A DNA stretch of 63,117 bases, filler included, from Conidiobolus incongruus B7586 (lineage: Eukaryota): NCBI GenBank assembly GCA_000697335.1. It is 9 parts of 9 records of this genome, joined end to end, with 100 filler letters (N's around TTAATTAATTAA, not from the genome) between each part and the next. Parts side by side here need not be neighbours in the genome. Positions count along the whole stretch, not along the records: positions 26,045 to 36,050 come from JNEM01006408.1; positions 36,151 to 45,094 come from JNEM01006411.1; 7 more parts are not named here. The stretch is one strand, 5' to 3'. Positions 26,867-39,489 of the stretch are shown here, in pieces. The notes below the pieces were generated by a model that had not been told where the DNA came from, made no database searches, and was given only the letters and a program-made list of their open reading frames with translations. Positions within the stretch are counted from its first letter, which is position 1. Each line of letters begins with the position of its first letter. The position numbers and the translations under genes were made by a program.

Positions 26867-29800
26867 TAGAAAATACATTATCATTATTTTGATTTTAAAA
26901 ATTCAATTAAACTCATCATAATGTCATTTTTATTATAAATTATTAATAGTATAATATTAATTAATCTTATTAATTTAATATTTCATATTTATTAAAAATA
27001 TTTTCATAAAATTTTTAATTTTATATTGATAAAAATAATTTTAGTTTTATTTTTTTTAAAAAAAAAACTTAAAATTCTATATAAATATTAATAATGAATT
27101 AATTTTTTTATAATCGTAAATATTGATTAAATCGAATTAGAATATTAGGAAATAATTATTTATATGTAACTATGAGTTCAATATATTCGATATTCAAAAG
27201 GATAACACAAGTTATATTTCTAATCAAATATTTGGTATATATAACTAATTTATGCAACTAATATGATTATAAAATTAACCACTGTATCTCTCTATTTTGA
27301 ATTATATGATTAATTGAATATAGTGTATATAATTAATATGATAAAAATGTAAAATATATTGAATTTTTTGTACAATAATATTAATATTTACAATCAAATA
27401 TTTTAAATTATAGCATTTTTATATTGCGTCAAAATTAAATACAATTAATAAAAAATTATTCATAATGATTATATACCAAAAATATGTTACTATTGACTGC
27501 AATAGCTTTTATAAATCAGTAGATTTTAATAAAAATATTTAATTAAAATATAGAGATTTAAATATGGGGTTCAAATTAAAATCAAGATGAAATTATTATA
27601 ATATCGGGCCTTAACATAAATTATATAATACTAGAAAATGATAAGTTGTATTGAGTAAAACTTAATCAACAAGTTAGTCAAATGAATATATAAACATTTT
27701 AATAACTGGTATAATATACCCCTTATATCATTCACATGATTAACAACTACCTTATTATGAACCAATAATTGAACTGATCAAAATATCTTATTTAACTCAC
27801 CGGAAGATACCAAATATGTCAAACTAAATTATATTATCAATTATATCTAAATTAATAATATAATTTTTCCAGTTTTTAGATTTTTCATATATTCTAATCC
27901 AAATTATTTTTATATTGATAATTTTTCAAATATTTTATATAAATAATAATATTATGGGAATAATTTTGTATAATTTAAGATAATAATACAATAATATATC
28001 TTGAATCATCAGTCTATCTAGATTTAATATTTTCTTATCTCATTTTCTTAAATTTCCTTATAAATATAAAAATATTTAAATGTATTGTAGTTAATGAGTA
28101 ATTCTTTCACCGGTTAGTGAATTAAAATATAGTTAATAATTGACATTAAATCACTAGAGTATATTATTATATGAGAATATATGACTATAAAATCAATTAA
28201 TACTTAGTCAAGATTTATAATATATTAGGAATTATATATATATATATATATATATTAATATTCCAAATAAATTAGTATTAAATAAATTAATCAAACCTTG
28301 ATATTTTTATTTAGATTAATCATATTTCACTTTGAGTATATGATAAAGATTCAATTTTAAAAAAATTCTTATCAATGAATAGCATCAGATATCTATACTT
28401 TTTCAATTAATTTATTTTTTCAAATATATATATATATTTGATACTTGAGGGAATTGATTAATAAAAATAATTAAATAAAAAAATATTAGTATTTTGATAT
28501 TATAGGGAATAGTATCAATGAAAATTACCGAAATTATAATATAAAAAAGTAAATCTAAAATTTTATATAAAAATTTTATTTTTTTTATAGTTAAACAATT
28601 TTATTAAGATATTAAACTTTCTTTGGTAATAAAAAAATAATTTAAATACCATTTTTATATATTCCCATATAATTGTTATATATTTTTTTAAAAAAAGTAT
28701 ATAATGGTTATTAACCCTTGATATTAAATAAAATTTCTATTATTAACAATTTACCATTTATCGATATATATATATAATACGAGAAAATAATCAAATAATA
28801 TTGTTTTATTGATTGGGTTGTATCTCATATTTATTTTACAATTTAATCATGTTTCTATCTTAATATAAGATTAATAGAGTTGAAAATACTAGATGATATC
28901 TTTATCAATAAATTGAAATATTTTCTACTTATTCATTATCCTAGCTATATATATATATATATATATATATAACTATCATTAATACAACTCATGATTTTAT
29001 GATTAATAAAAAGGGGAGAGGGGATACGTAATAAATAACATTAATTAACACTTCTAGTTCCTATTAACATTGAGAACAAAATTTTGTACATAACTAAAAT
29101 TCTTGGTATAAAATAATAGCCAATCTTATTTGATAGTACTTTAGTTATAATATTTACTAAGAGTATATGTTAGGTTAATTCAATTTATTTTGAAACTTTA
29201 AGTTCAAACAAAAAAAATGAACTGATAATTTATATTAATATAATTTGGTCTTTGAGGATTAACAATTTAAGGTTAATAAAAATTTTATAATCCATTTAAT
29301 TTTAAACTCAATTGAATTTTAATAATATTAAAATATAACTAAATAGGGTATAATTTTAAACTAATAATGAATATTTGGAAATTATTAAAGTAAAATAAAC
29401 TTATTAATTTTTGATATTGTTGAATTATAAAAATATTAAAATATTTAATAAAATTTATTATTTAATAATCGGAAATTAATATTTAGTTATACTATGATTA
29501 TATTATTTAAGATATTTTAACTAAAAGATTTATATTTAAAGTAAATTTAACTCTGTATCAATTTATTTAATCAGTCTTAAATAGTTTAAAATTAAAATAA
29601 ATTATAATTTTTTTTCTAAAAAATTTAAAGCAATTATTATTATTAGATTAATAAGTTGATATGTCACTTTATTATATATACAATAATATCAAATTAAATT
29701 ATTGTTAACTCAGATTTATATATATTCTAAAACCCCACAATAAAAGGAGCAATAATTTTATTTAAATCAAATTTTTATTTGTTTAATTTAGTACATCCTT

Positions 29801-29995
29801 TTATTCGAAACTGAGGATTTTTATTAATAATAAATCAATAATCAAAAATTATTGAGATTTATAATTTTAATTAATTAATAATGTTTTAAATATCATATAT
29901 TATGTCAAAACAAAGAGTATAATTAGTTAATATTCTTTTTTATTTAGTTCAATATAGGATATAAATTTTAAAATTTGACATTATTTACAAAGATA

Positions 29996-30928
29996 TTAAT
30001 ATGATTTTGGTGACGGTGTTGTTATTTGAGTCGAGTGTGAACTAGACTTTAATAATGCTTGAAGCTGTCTTTGGTCCTCTGTTATTACTGAATTTGAATA
30101 TCCATAGCGTGGCAAAAATTTGGAAATGCTTGAGGAGAAAGCATGATCGTTTGGATGAGGTGTGCCATAAGGAATAAGCGAATTCAATGGAGGTAAAATA
30201 GGAGGGCTAATTTTTGTTGGGGAAGTAGAGAATTGATAAGAATTAACAGAAGGAGATGGCGAAAGATAGGATTGAATTGGAGGTAGTAGCTGGGATTGCT
30301 CATACTTTGTTTCAAAAGTAGGACTATTTTCAATTTTAGGATGGTGATAATTCACAAAACTATCAGATTGATAATGACTAGGTGAAAAATTCACGCTAGT
30401 AGACAATTGTGGTGTAAAATGATGAGATTTAGAGCCAATTTCGGTGCTCTTTGGAATGGTTGACAAGGTGGGTTTGAAATAAAAATTTGCAGGAATTTTC
30501 AAGTGATTTAAATTTGGATCGTTGGATGGTTGGTTGAGTGTGGAATAAGCCAAGTCATATGAGCGCACATAACTTACGAGGTGCATACGGCGGCCATCCT
30601 GTGTCATTACCGATACACCTCGCTTTAAAAGCTGGTTTCTTTTAGAATCAAAATTGGGACGAGTTGCATGGTTTCTGCGCCTTGGCTGGATTTCATGGTA
30701 TATTAAAAAACTTCCTTCAGATCTAGAGGCTGACCATGAGATGCCATCTGTCCAACGCTGAATAGTTGCTTCCTTCTCATCCCATACGAAAACTGATCCA
30801 GATCGAATGTTGTTGCGCTCTCTCTGAGATAATCTCTCAAGCCTGCGCTTTATAAGACCAAGTCTGGCAGCTTCAAAGATCAAAAAGGCGTCCTGAGGAG
30901 TTTTAATAATACCATAGTAACTCTCCAT
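29996..30928 (-). CDS. Gti1/Pac2 (WOPR) family transcription factor, Pac2-like
   Basis: MESYYGIIKTPQDAFLIFEA...IRSGSVFVWDEKEATIQRWTDGISWSASR...LLKRGVSV...HLVSY; S/P-rich tail ending EDQRQL. Confidence 0.95.
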   Translation of the reverse strand: MESYYGIIKTPQDAFLIFEAARLGLIKRRLERLSQRERNNIRSGSVFVWDEKEATIQRWTDGISWSASRSEGSFLIYHEIQPRRRNHATRPNFDSKRNQLLKRGVSVMTQDGRRMHLVSYVRSYDLAYSTLNQPSNDPNLNHLKIPANFYFKPTLSTIPKSTEIGSKSHHFTPQLSTSVNFSPSHYQSDSFVNYHHPKIENSPTFETKYEQSQLLPPIQSYLSPSPSVNSYQFSTSPTKISPPILPPLNSLIPYGTPHPNDHAFSSSISKFLPRYGYSNSVITEDQRQLQALLKSSSHSTQITTPSPKSY

Positions 30929-33900
30929 TTTACAATGTCAATTTATAGATAAAATTTTCTAGTGACTGAGAGAGTTTTAATACAATAAAGCGTGGTTTGT
31001 ATAAGTTAGGGATATAAATTAAGATTGGGGGTGGCGAGTATTTATATTCATGAATTCACAATAAGGAGTGGAATACATGACATTGAAAAGTGATTGAAAA
31101 AGGTTAGAGGGAGGGAGGGGGATGTTGGAAGGTATTAGATTAATATAACACTTTATGAACTAGGGTTATACCCAATTTAATTTAGTCTTAAATAAAACAA
31201 ATGTCTGATTGAAAAAGAAGGAATCTATTAAACTTGTTGAAAAAATGAGAATAGTTCCTATAAGCTTCTTTATTCAGTTAAATGCACATAAAGAGGTTTT
31301 ATTCAACATGATTTAAATCAAAGATTACTTTGATTTTTAGCAAAATTCACTTTGATTAATTTTAATTTAAGATCAAAGATTGGATACTAATATCACCAAA
31401 CATTTAGTTATAAAAGTTTTAGTTTGTTGAAATTGAACTGGATTTAGTTCAATAGTTTTCAGGTATTTGAATACCAGCATATATGAATAATTTTAATCAT
31501 CAAAAGTTTTGTGATCGATGTATAGTATACAGGATCGCTTTATGATAATTTGATCATAAAGTCACTTAATATTGGATGAAATTAAACTGGAAACTTCGAA
31601 TAAAGTTAAAGTTTATCTTTTTATATCCACTTATCAAATCAAAATTTTAAAAATATTCCTGTTATATCCCAATTTGATATTATTTTTATTTCTTAAGCTT
31701 AATTAAACTACTATAATACTCCTTTCTCTTTTTTACAATATCTAACATAACATATTCACCTTAAATGCTCCATTCATCTTTTTTAACTATTTACCAAATA
31801 TTTTTATAGTTTTTTATTATATAGATATATTTAGATTCAAAAGGGGAACAAAATCAAATATCGATGTATCAAATATATTAATGGAGGGAGTTTAATTGAA
31901 ATTGAAAGGTATTTTGTTTATTAGTATTGATTTTAGGAGTGATATTAGGATATCAAAGTATGATATAAATTCTTTGAGTATTTTTTTAACTTAAGATTTG
32001 ATTATTAAATAAATTTTTATTCTTTTTTAACAATTTTTATAATTTTTATAATTTTTATAGTATTTGTCACTTAAAGTTTTAACTATATTGGTTTAAAATA
32101 TATTAACTATATATTTTATCTTTGAATTATTATATAAGGAAATATGTGTGTAAATTATTATAAAATTAAGAATGCTATTCAACTCGATGAAATTTAACAA
32201 GAATTTATTGGATTAATCCTTTCAACATATAAAAATATCCAAGTTATTTAATTAAGGGGATATAATTTTACTTTAATAAATCCCTGAATCTAATATATCG
32301 GTCTCTAAACTGATATTTTAATATATATCACTAAGATTATTGTTTATTTTTATAAAATCATAAAATTCAATGAATAAGCTGAATTTAAGTTTAAATAGTT
32401 GAAATTATATTAGTCTATTTATGAATCTCGTTATGGCCATGCTCATATTATGAATTCTTTGCACAATTATCAATTTAGCTATATCACTCTTCTATATTAC
32501 TATTTGCTTCAAATTCTTTTTACTTAATAATTAAACTAATCTAAATTTTTCTACTATAATAATTTATTTCATCTTATAATTTTATTTTAAATGCTGAAAC
32601 TCAATACTATAAATTCGAGATTCTTAGTTCAAAACTAAATATTTGTATAAAAATTTCAAATTTAGAATTTATATGGTATTCTGGATTGCATTAATCCCCC
32701 ACTATATAATCAATTAAAAATATTGTAATACTTTTATTTTCTAACCAAAACAGATTAATGTAATATTATAAAATTATAATTATTCTGGACTGTAATAAAA
32801 TAAATTTATATTGAGTAAAATCCTAAGAAATTTATTTTATATTCAAAACTTAAGATTAATAATTAAATTAGGATAAAAAATTAATTTAAAATGAACAAAG
32901 CTAAAATAACTTTAAAATATAAAGTCGGAATTAATACCATTTATTAATTATTATATTTTATTTGGTTAATAATTTTAATATTTAAAACTATATAATCTTT
33001 TTGATTCAAATTTGAGTTTTATATTATTCAATATTTTGTTAATTTTATTCTATTTAAATCTAAAAAATATATAAATACTCGGAATTACCTTTATTATAAG
33101 GATTTCAGATTAGTTATTATGTTTCAATTATAATATAATGATTAATATATAATCTATTTAAACTTTTTTATAACCTTATTGCAATTTTTTCAAATTATGA
33201 TAACATATTAATTTTGATTATATTAACCTTTAAAAATTATTATTATTATTATTATTATTATTATCAATATTCTAAATCTAATATTATGAAACAAGGTTAT
33301 TTATTAATAGTAAAATGACATATGAAAAAATATAATTTTTATAATATTATATAATTAATTAATAATCCATAATCCTAACAATTATAAATATATGTTTGTA
33401 ATTCATTGACTAAGATATATATCATTAAAATTTAATCGATTTTATGATTATTTATAAAACTACCTTTTTTTATATAATTAAATATTTTTATTATATATTA
33501 TTATCATTTTTGAATAATATTAAAACTTTATTAACTATTAAATAAAAATTAATTAAACGTATTTTCCTTAAAAATATGATTTAATCAATCTATATATTAA
33601 TTCTTAAAAATATTTATAATATTTTAACTTTTAAGAATCTAAGCTGATTTCTTAATATATATAATGATTTAAAATATATTATATACCATCATAGTGAATC
33701 AACTCCATTATTATCATTGATATTGTTCAAAAGCATAAGATAATGATTTAAACTTGATCAATTATATTTTTATTAAATATAAAATATTTTTCAAATTGAT
33801 TTAATATTATTTTTTCTTAATTTCACTTTATATATCCGAGGTTAATTATTAACAATAATAAAAACTTTATAAGTTGTCAACTGAAGTATTTTAATATAAA

Positions 33901-35248
33901 ATTATTTTATAAATATTCAATTCTATTTAAACTAATTGAAATCCCAGAGGTTATAGATTTTTAAAACTATTCAATTTCATCAATACAATATTGTTTAAAT
34001 ATATCATTTGTGATGAATTTTTATTTATTCAATTCCTAGTATTCAATTGAGTTTGGATATTCTTATTAATGAAGTATTGTAAATAATTATATGTTATCTC
34101 TTCTTCTATATGAATATATATATATATATATATATATAGTAATTATTATTATTGTTCAGAAAAGTTGAATAATATAAACTCAATTATAATCAATTATTTT
34201 CTTTTTTTAATAATATATATTAATCTTTTTTCTATTTTGGCCCTTAAAACCAATATACTAATCCATTATAACCAGAATAGACTAATATATATTTAGTAAT
34301 AAATGTTTTAATATATTCAACTGGAATAGAATTTTTATTAGAAAATATATTTAATAAATTAAAAAAAGATAAAAAATAGATTTAAATTTTTGAAATTGGG
34401 ATTTTTAAAATATTTAAAATAAATTTATTAATATAAAATATAATTGGAAAATTAAATCTCATAAATTATAAATTAATCTATTAAAAAAGTTTTTATACAT
34501 AAAATTATAATTTTTTTTTCTATAATTTTATATCTCATTAATTATTTATCAATAATAATAATAATAATAATAATAATTTAGTAAAGAATTTTATAATCAA
34601 TGTTTAATATAAAAGTACTCCCAAATTGCATTCGTTCCTCTATTTATACTCTATTGTTATACGCTAAGTAATCAAACAATTAAACAGATAAAACAAATTT
34701 ATTCTTTTCTATATTTAATAATTTTGAATGAAAAGTTAGTTAATTATAAATTATTACTATAAATTTCAAATATTTAAAAATACTAATTCCTTATAATTTT
34801 TATACGTTCTATTTCGAAATATACTGGGTAATTTATTCTGTAAAATTTGAATGTATATAATAACTAATTTTTTAATCTCTAATTTTCTTAATAACTTAAT
34901 ATTTAATTTAATCATATTTAAATTAAATAATAACTATTAATCATATAATACTTTTAATATTATTATAATCTAATAACAATCCTTTGTAATTATTTAAAAA
35001 ATTTAAGCAACTCATGGAAATAATATGCTTTTCAAAACCTCCTGTCCTATATTTTACCCTTGATCCAAATAATCCTTAAATGTCTGAAATTCTCAATATA
35101 AGATAAAGGATCAAATATCTAAAATTAATCGCTTTAGTATTATATAGATACAAAAACTTAATTAAATCACAAAAGATATTAGGTTAACAAGTAATAATCC
35201 AACCTATTTTATTTTTACTCAGTTTTATTTTAATTCTTTATCTTTGCT

Positions 35249-35300
35249 TAGTGCTAACTGGTCAAATCGGTTCCTCCTTCTGGTTTGATCAGTTATACTA
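35249..35300 (+). other. Isolated 21-bp stem-loop
   Basis: TAGTG(C)TAACTGGTCAAATCGG - TTCCTCCTT - CTGGTTTGATCAGTTA TACTA. All stem positions pair, with four G.U pairs on the + strand. Confidence 0.6.
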
Positions 35301-36050
35301 TTATCTATTACTATAAATACTATTTTAAACTGGAAGGGAAAATTATTATAAATTTGCCAAAACCCACAAATTAATTTTTTATTTTAAATAATAAATAAAT
35401 TATAAAATGAAATTACAAAATACCTTTTTATATTAGCAAATAAGCTATTAAAATATTAGCTTAGAAAACTCAAGTATTTTTTTATTATAAAAAATCAGTA
35501 TTTTATATTAAATAATTAATATTAATAAAAAATAAATTATTTTATATAATCTTTTATTAAAATATAAATAAAAATAAATATTAAATTTTATTAAAAAAAA
35601 ATAATTTTTATAAATCGAAATAAATATATTATTAATAATATATATCATTTTTTATTTAATATATTTATAAATATTATTTTAACCAAATTATAACTTATTT
35701 TCTTATATTCTATTTTAGATAATAAAAATTTTATTTTAATATATAAAATAAAAAATTTTAAATAAATAAATCCATTCAATCTTAATATTTTAATAAAATT
35801 TATTAATTTTTATGATTTAAAAAATTTTTTTGAGAGTTATATATTAGAAATTATAGTCTAAAATTTTATTTAAAAAAATTATATTATATAATATTTATAT
35901 CAATATTATATTAATAAGAATAATCTATTAATTTACTTTATAATTTACTAATATTTTTTGCATTATATTTACAAATTAAGTATAATATGCGATAAATTAC
36001 AAAAGAGTTATATTTAGAAAATTATTAAGAATATAATATATATATATTAA

Positions 36051-36150
36051 NNNNNNNNNNNNNNNNNNNNNNNNNNNNNNNNNNNNNNNNNNNNTTAATT
36101 AATTAANNNNNNNNNNNNNNNNNNNNNNNNNNNNNNNNNNNNNNNNNNNN
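36051..36150. other. Assembly linker
   Basis: 44 N + TTAATTAATTAA + 44 N. Confidence 0.97.
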
Positions 36151-37962
36151 AAAATATATTAAATCAAAAAATAATTTCAAAATACATTAATAAGAATAAG
36201 TCAAATAAAGTTATAAATGATATATAACTATAAAATAAAAAATATAATATTATATTAATTAAATTCTCTAATTAATATTATATATTTTAAAGAAATTAAA
36301 TATTCTTTTATATACTATATAGATAAGGAATTAATATATAAAATTATTAAGAATTATTAATATTATTTTTAAATATTTTATAAATATAATATAAATTTTT
36401 ATTATTAAATATGAAATATATTCCAAAATAATAATATTCATAAAGAAATTAATTTGTATAAAAATATTTCATAATTAATAGAGTTTCCTTAATAATATCT
36501 AATCCTAAAATAATATTAATTATATGATTATATTATTAATTTAAATTATTTCCATTTATTGTTATAATTGAACCTAATCAAATATATAAATAAATAATTA
36601 GAAATTTTAATTAAAATAATTTAGGTTTTTAGGTTTCTATATTTAAAATATAAACTATTTAATTATATTCTCAATTAATAAATATCTATCCATCCATATT
36701 ATAACTATGTTAATTAGAAAAATATATTACATTCTTATATTACAAGCGAATATATAAAGGTAAATTAATAAAAAAATAACACAAATATCAATTAAAATTA
36801 TATAATCTTAAATCCCTTTTACATATATTAAAAAATTTTAAATGGTTTTTCATATGGAACTATAAGTAAGATTGAATCCTAAATGAATATTAAAAATGAA
36901 TAAAATTAAAATTTAATCAAATAATTTAAAAAGTATATGAGATATAGATTAATAAATTATTGAAAATAAAATCCAACTAAATGTATATATATAAATAAAT
37001 AATTATAGATATAATAAAAATTTAATTATAATAGTAAAACAATTAACAATAATATTAAATAGAATTAACAAATTGAATAAAAGTGGAAATTAAGTAATTT
37101 TAAAGTGAGGATAAATAGCTAAGAGTATGAAAATAGTTGGAATATTAATTACAAAATCAAGTCTTAATTTCTTTTTATATTTGCCATCCATTAATTATAC
37201 ATAATACAACAAACAATAAATATATTAATTTTATTGCTAATTAAAATAAAGATAAGTATTTTAAATTCAATAATTTACTTATTAAAAATTTAGCAAATAT
37301 TTGTAAAGATATTCCGATTAATCTATTATATTAATTGAAATTTAGGGATTATATTAATTATATATTGTGATAGTTATTTTGAAGATCATGAAAATTATTA
37401 TTATTCCAATATTTTATCAAAAATTTCTAATTTTATACAGCTTCACGAGATTTGATTATAAATCAATTGCAAAGTTATTATGAGGTGAAAATAATTTTAT
37501 TACATACAATTAAAGAGTTAATTTTATCTCATCAAGATCAGTTTTATTTGTAGAAAAAAAAATAAAAAAGTCAATTGATTGGATGAGGTAGACGTTGTGA
37601 TACTCAACGCCGGAATACGACCGAGTTGACGAAGACTGTACACGATTGATTTGTTTTGCGTGTTTTAGAGGCTGAAAGTTTCAGTTGGGCATTAAAATGC
37701 ATAGTTACCAACAATTCATTTGTCCTCAAGTTTCTGATATGATTGCCTTCATAATAAAATTATCGGAAGCTGCATGTAAATATTTTGCAGTTCGTAAATT
37801 TAGACACACCAAAAGTAACCAATTCCAAAAGATGATTCAAGTTTAATATGTTTGTTGGTACATTAAAAGTCAAAATTTGTATTGGATTTGATTCAAATTA
37901 TATATGTACAACCGTCTTCAATTGACAAAAAAGAAAAAAAATACTAAGTAAGATTTGGAGGA

Positions 37963-39489
37963 TTATAGTGACTTTAAGTATTCCTCGTAGTGGACTTGGT
38001 CGATGAATTCACGATCTTCGAGTCTCCAGCTGTGGTCGGCATCTAATGGGGTCTGGCTGTCTGGTGCAGCAGGGCTTTGAGGAGCAATTTCACTTAAGCG
38101 TCTACGTCCAGGTGTATGGGGCACTGATTGGTTGTTATTGGGCGTTTGGCCAGCACCGAAGAATTCTGTATGGTTCAATGGACTAGCATAGTAGATATCC
38201 ATCTCGTGGAGTGGGCCATCAGATGATCCAGAGGATTCGACATTCGAAATGGGTGCGTAGATGCTTGAAGTGGGTTCATTTCCAGAAGACTTGTTCTTGG
38301 GACTGCTAGGGGACTCGAGGTTTGGTTGATTCATAGGATAGGTCCATACACCTGCAGAGTCGTTGGGACGGTTTTGGGGGATGAGGACTTTCTCAGAGCT
38401 GGACTCAGCGATGATTGTTGTGGCAGGTTCGCAGGAATCGTGCTTATTGGTTTGATCGGTAACAACCATCATATTAGAGTTGGTCATACTGAATGGGTAA
38501 CTCAAGATTCTAACCAGCTTGGCCACAACTTGTAATGTGCGTGGGTTGGAAAGGTACTGAGGACGATCGTCGTGAGTTGGAGTAAAATTGGCAGTTGCAT
38601 GGGGGAAAGTTTGGTATTTGCTCTGGCATCGGATGGTATTGATACCTTTGAGGAAAGCGGGATCCATACAGAAAGTGACTAAGTTAAGAATACCAGGAAT
38701 TCCTGAACCAATGGTATCCCAAAATTCAATACCGATGGGAATTACATCATAAACTTGAGCAGCAATCATTAAAGCCGCACAGTTAATTTGAGTAATAAGC
38801 GGGGCAGTCAAATAATAACTGACTCTAGTGATTAAAACTTCCAAATCTTTTCTACGTTGATTTTCAATCACACAGTTGGACTTATTGGAGGAAGCGATCA
38901 TCTTAGAGTTTTTCTTAAGCTTGCGGACAGTGAGAATTAAAATGATACCACAGTAAAGGGTCGAAATAATAGTCCAGATAATGAAACATAACCAAATAAT
39001 AATTTGATTTTCTAATACTTTTTGATCCTTGTAGAAACAAACTCCGGTACCATTTACATCTAATCCAAATTTGCCCATTGCAAGAGGAATGAGGGAGAGA
39101 ATAGTTGCCAATGCAATAGGAACGAACCAGTAGAGGTATTCCCACCATGGGTTGAATGAGTATTCCATTAAGAACACTAATTGCAAATTGGCAGCAATGG
39201 AGCATGTAAAGAAGACATACATAAGAATGGTCCAGTTGAGGGAGAAAGAATTTAATTTACAGAGGATTCCTTCTACTTTGTAACTGGTATAGACCATCAT
39301 ATTGACAGCACGCAAAATATCAACAGCAGAGATGGCTACGTTGATCCTTAGTGATAATCGGTCCATTAAGCGACGGTCATAAAAAGACATGAGAGAGTAC
39401 ATAGTGATTACATACAACCCCGAAAGAAGGGAAAAGCCGTTGAAGGTACAATTCATAACATAAAGTATAGTGGTTACTGCGTCCGCCAT
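37963..39489 (-). CDS. Seven-transmembrane GPCR-like protein (cAMP-receptor/Git3-like) with long disordered C-tail
   Basis: 508-aa ORF with seven hydrophobic segments in the first ~280 aa, Cys in ECL1 (GILC) and ECL2 (GVCFY), RVSYYLTAP, GILNLVTFCMDP, then an S/P/N-rich tail. Confidence 0.88.
   Translation of the reverse strand: MADAVTTILYVMNCTFNGFSLLSGLYVITMYSLMSFYDRRLMDRLSLRINVAISAVDILRAVNMMVYTSYKVEGILCKLNSFSLNWTILMYVFFTCSIAANLQLVFLMEYSFNPWWEYLYWFVPIALATILSLIPLAMGKFGLDVNGTGVCFYKDQKVLENQIIIWLCFIIWTIISTLYCGIILILTVRKLKKNSKMIASSNKSNCVIENQRRKDLEVLITRVSYYLTAPLITQINCAALMIAAQVYDVIPIGIEFWDTIGSGIPGILNLVTFCMDPAFLKGINTIRCQSKYQTFPHATANFTPTHDDRPQYLSNPRTLQVVAKLVRILSYPFSMTNSNMMVVTDQTNKHDSCEPATTIIAESSSEKVLIPQNRPNDSAGVWTYPMNQPNLESPSSPKNKSSGNEPTSSIYAPISNVESSGSSDGPLHEMDIYYASPLNHTEFFGAGQTPNNNQSVPHTPGRRRLSEIAPQSPAAPDSQTPLDADHSWRLEDREFIDQVHYEEYLKSL

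Noticed and set aside
37579..37629. Peptide LDEVDVVILNAGI resembling an SDR motif
   Set aside because: Only 16 codons bounded by stops, antisense to the probable GPCR 3' UTR, with no other SDR motifs nearby.
38326..39205. Short ORFs overlapping the GPCR (38326-38535 +, 38915-39205 -) and the bHLH (49171-49392 +)
   Set aside because: Shadow frames of GC-richer real genes with no recognisable motifs.
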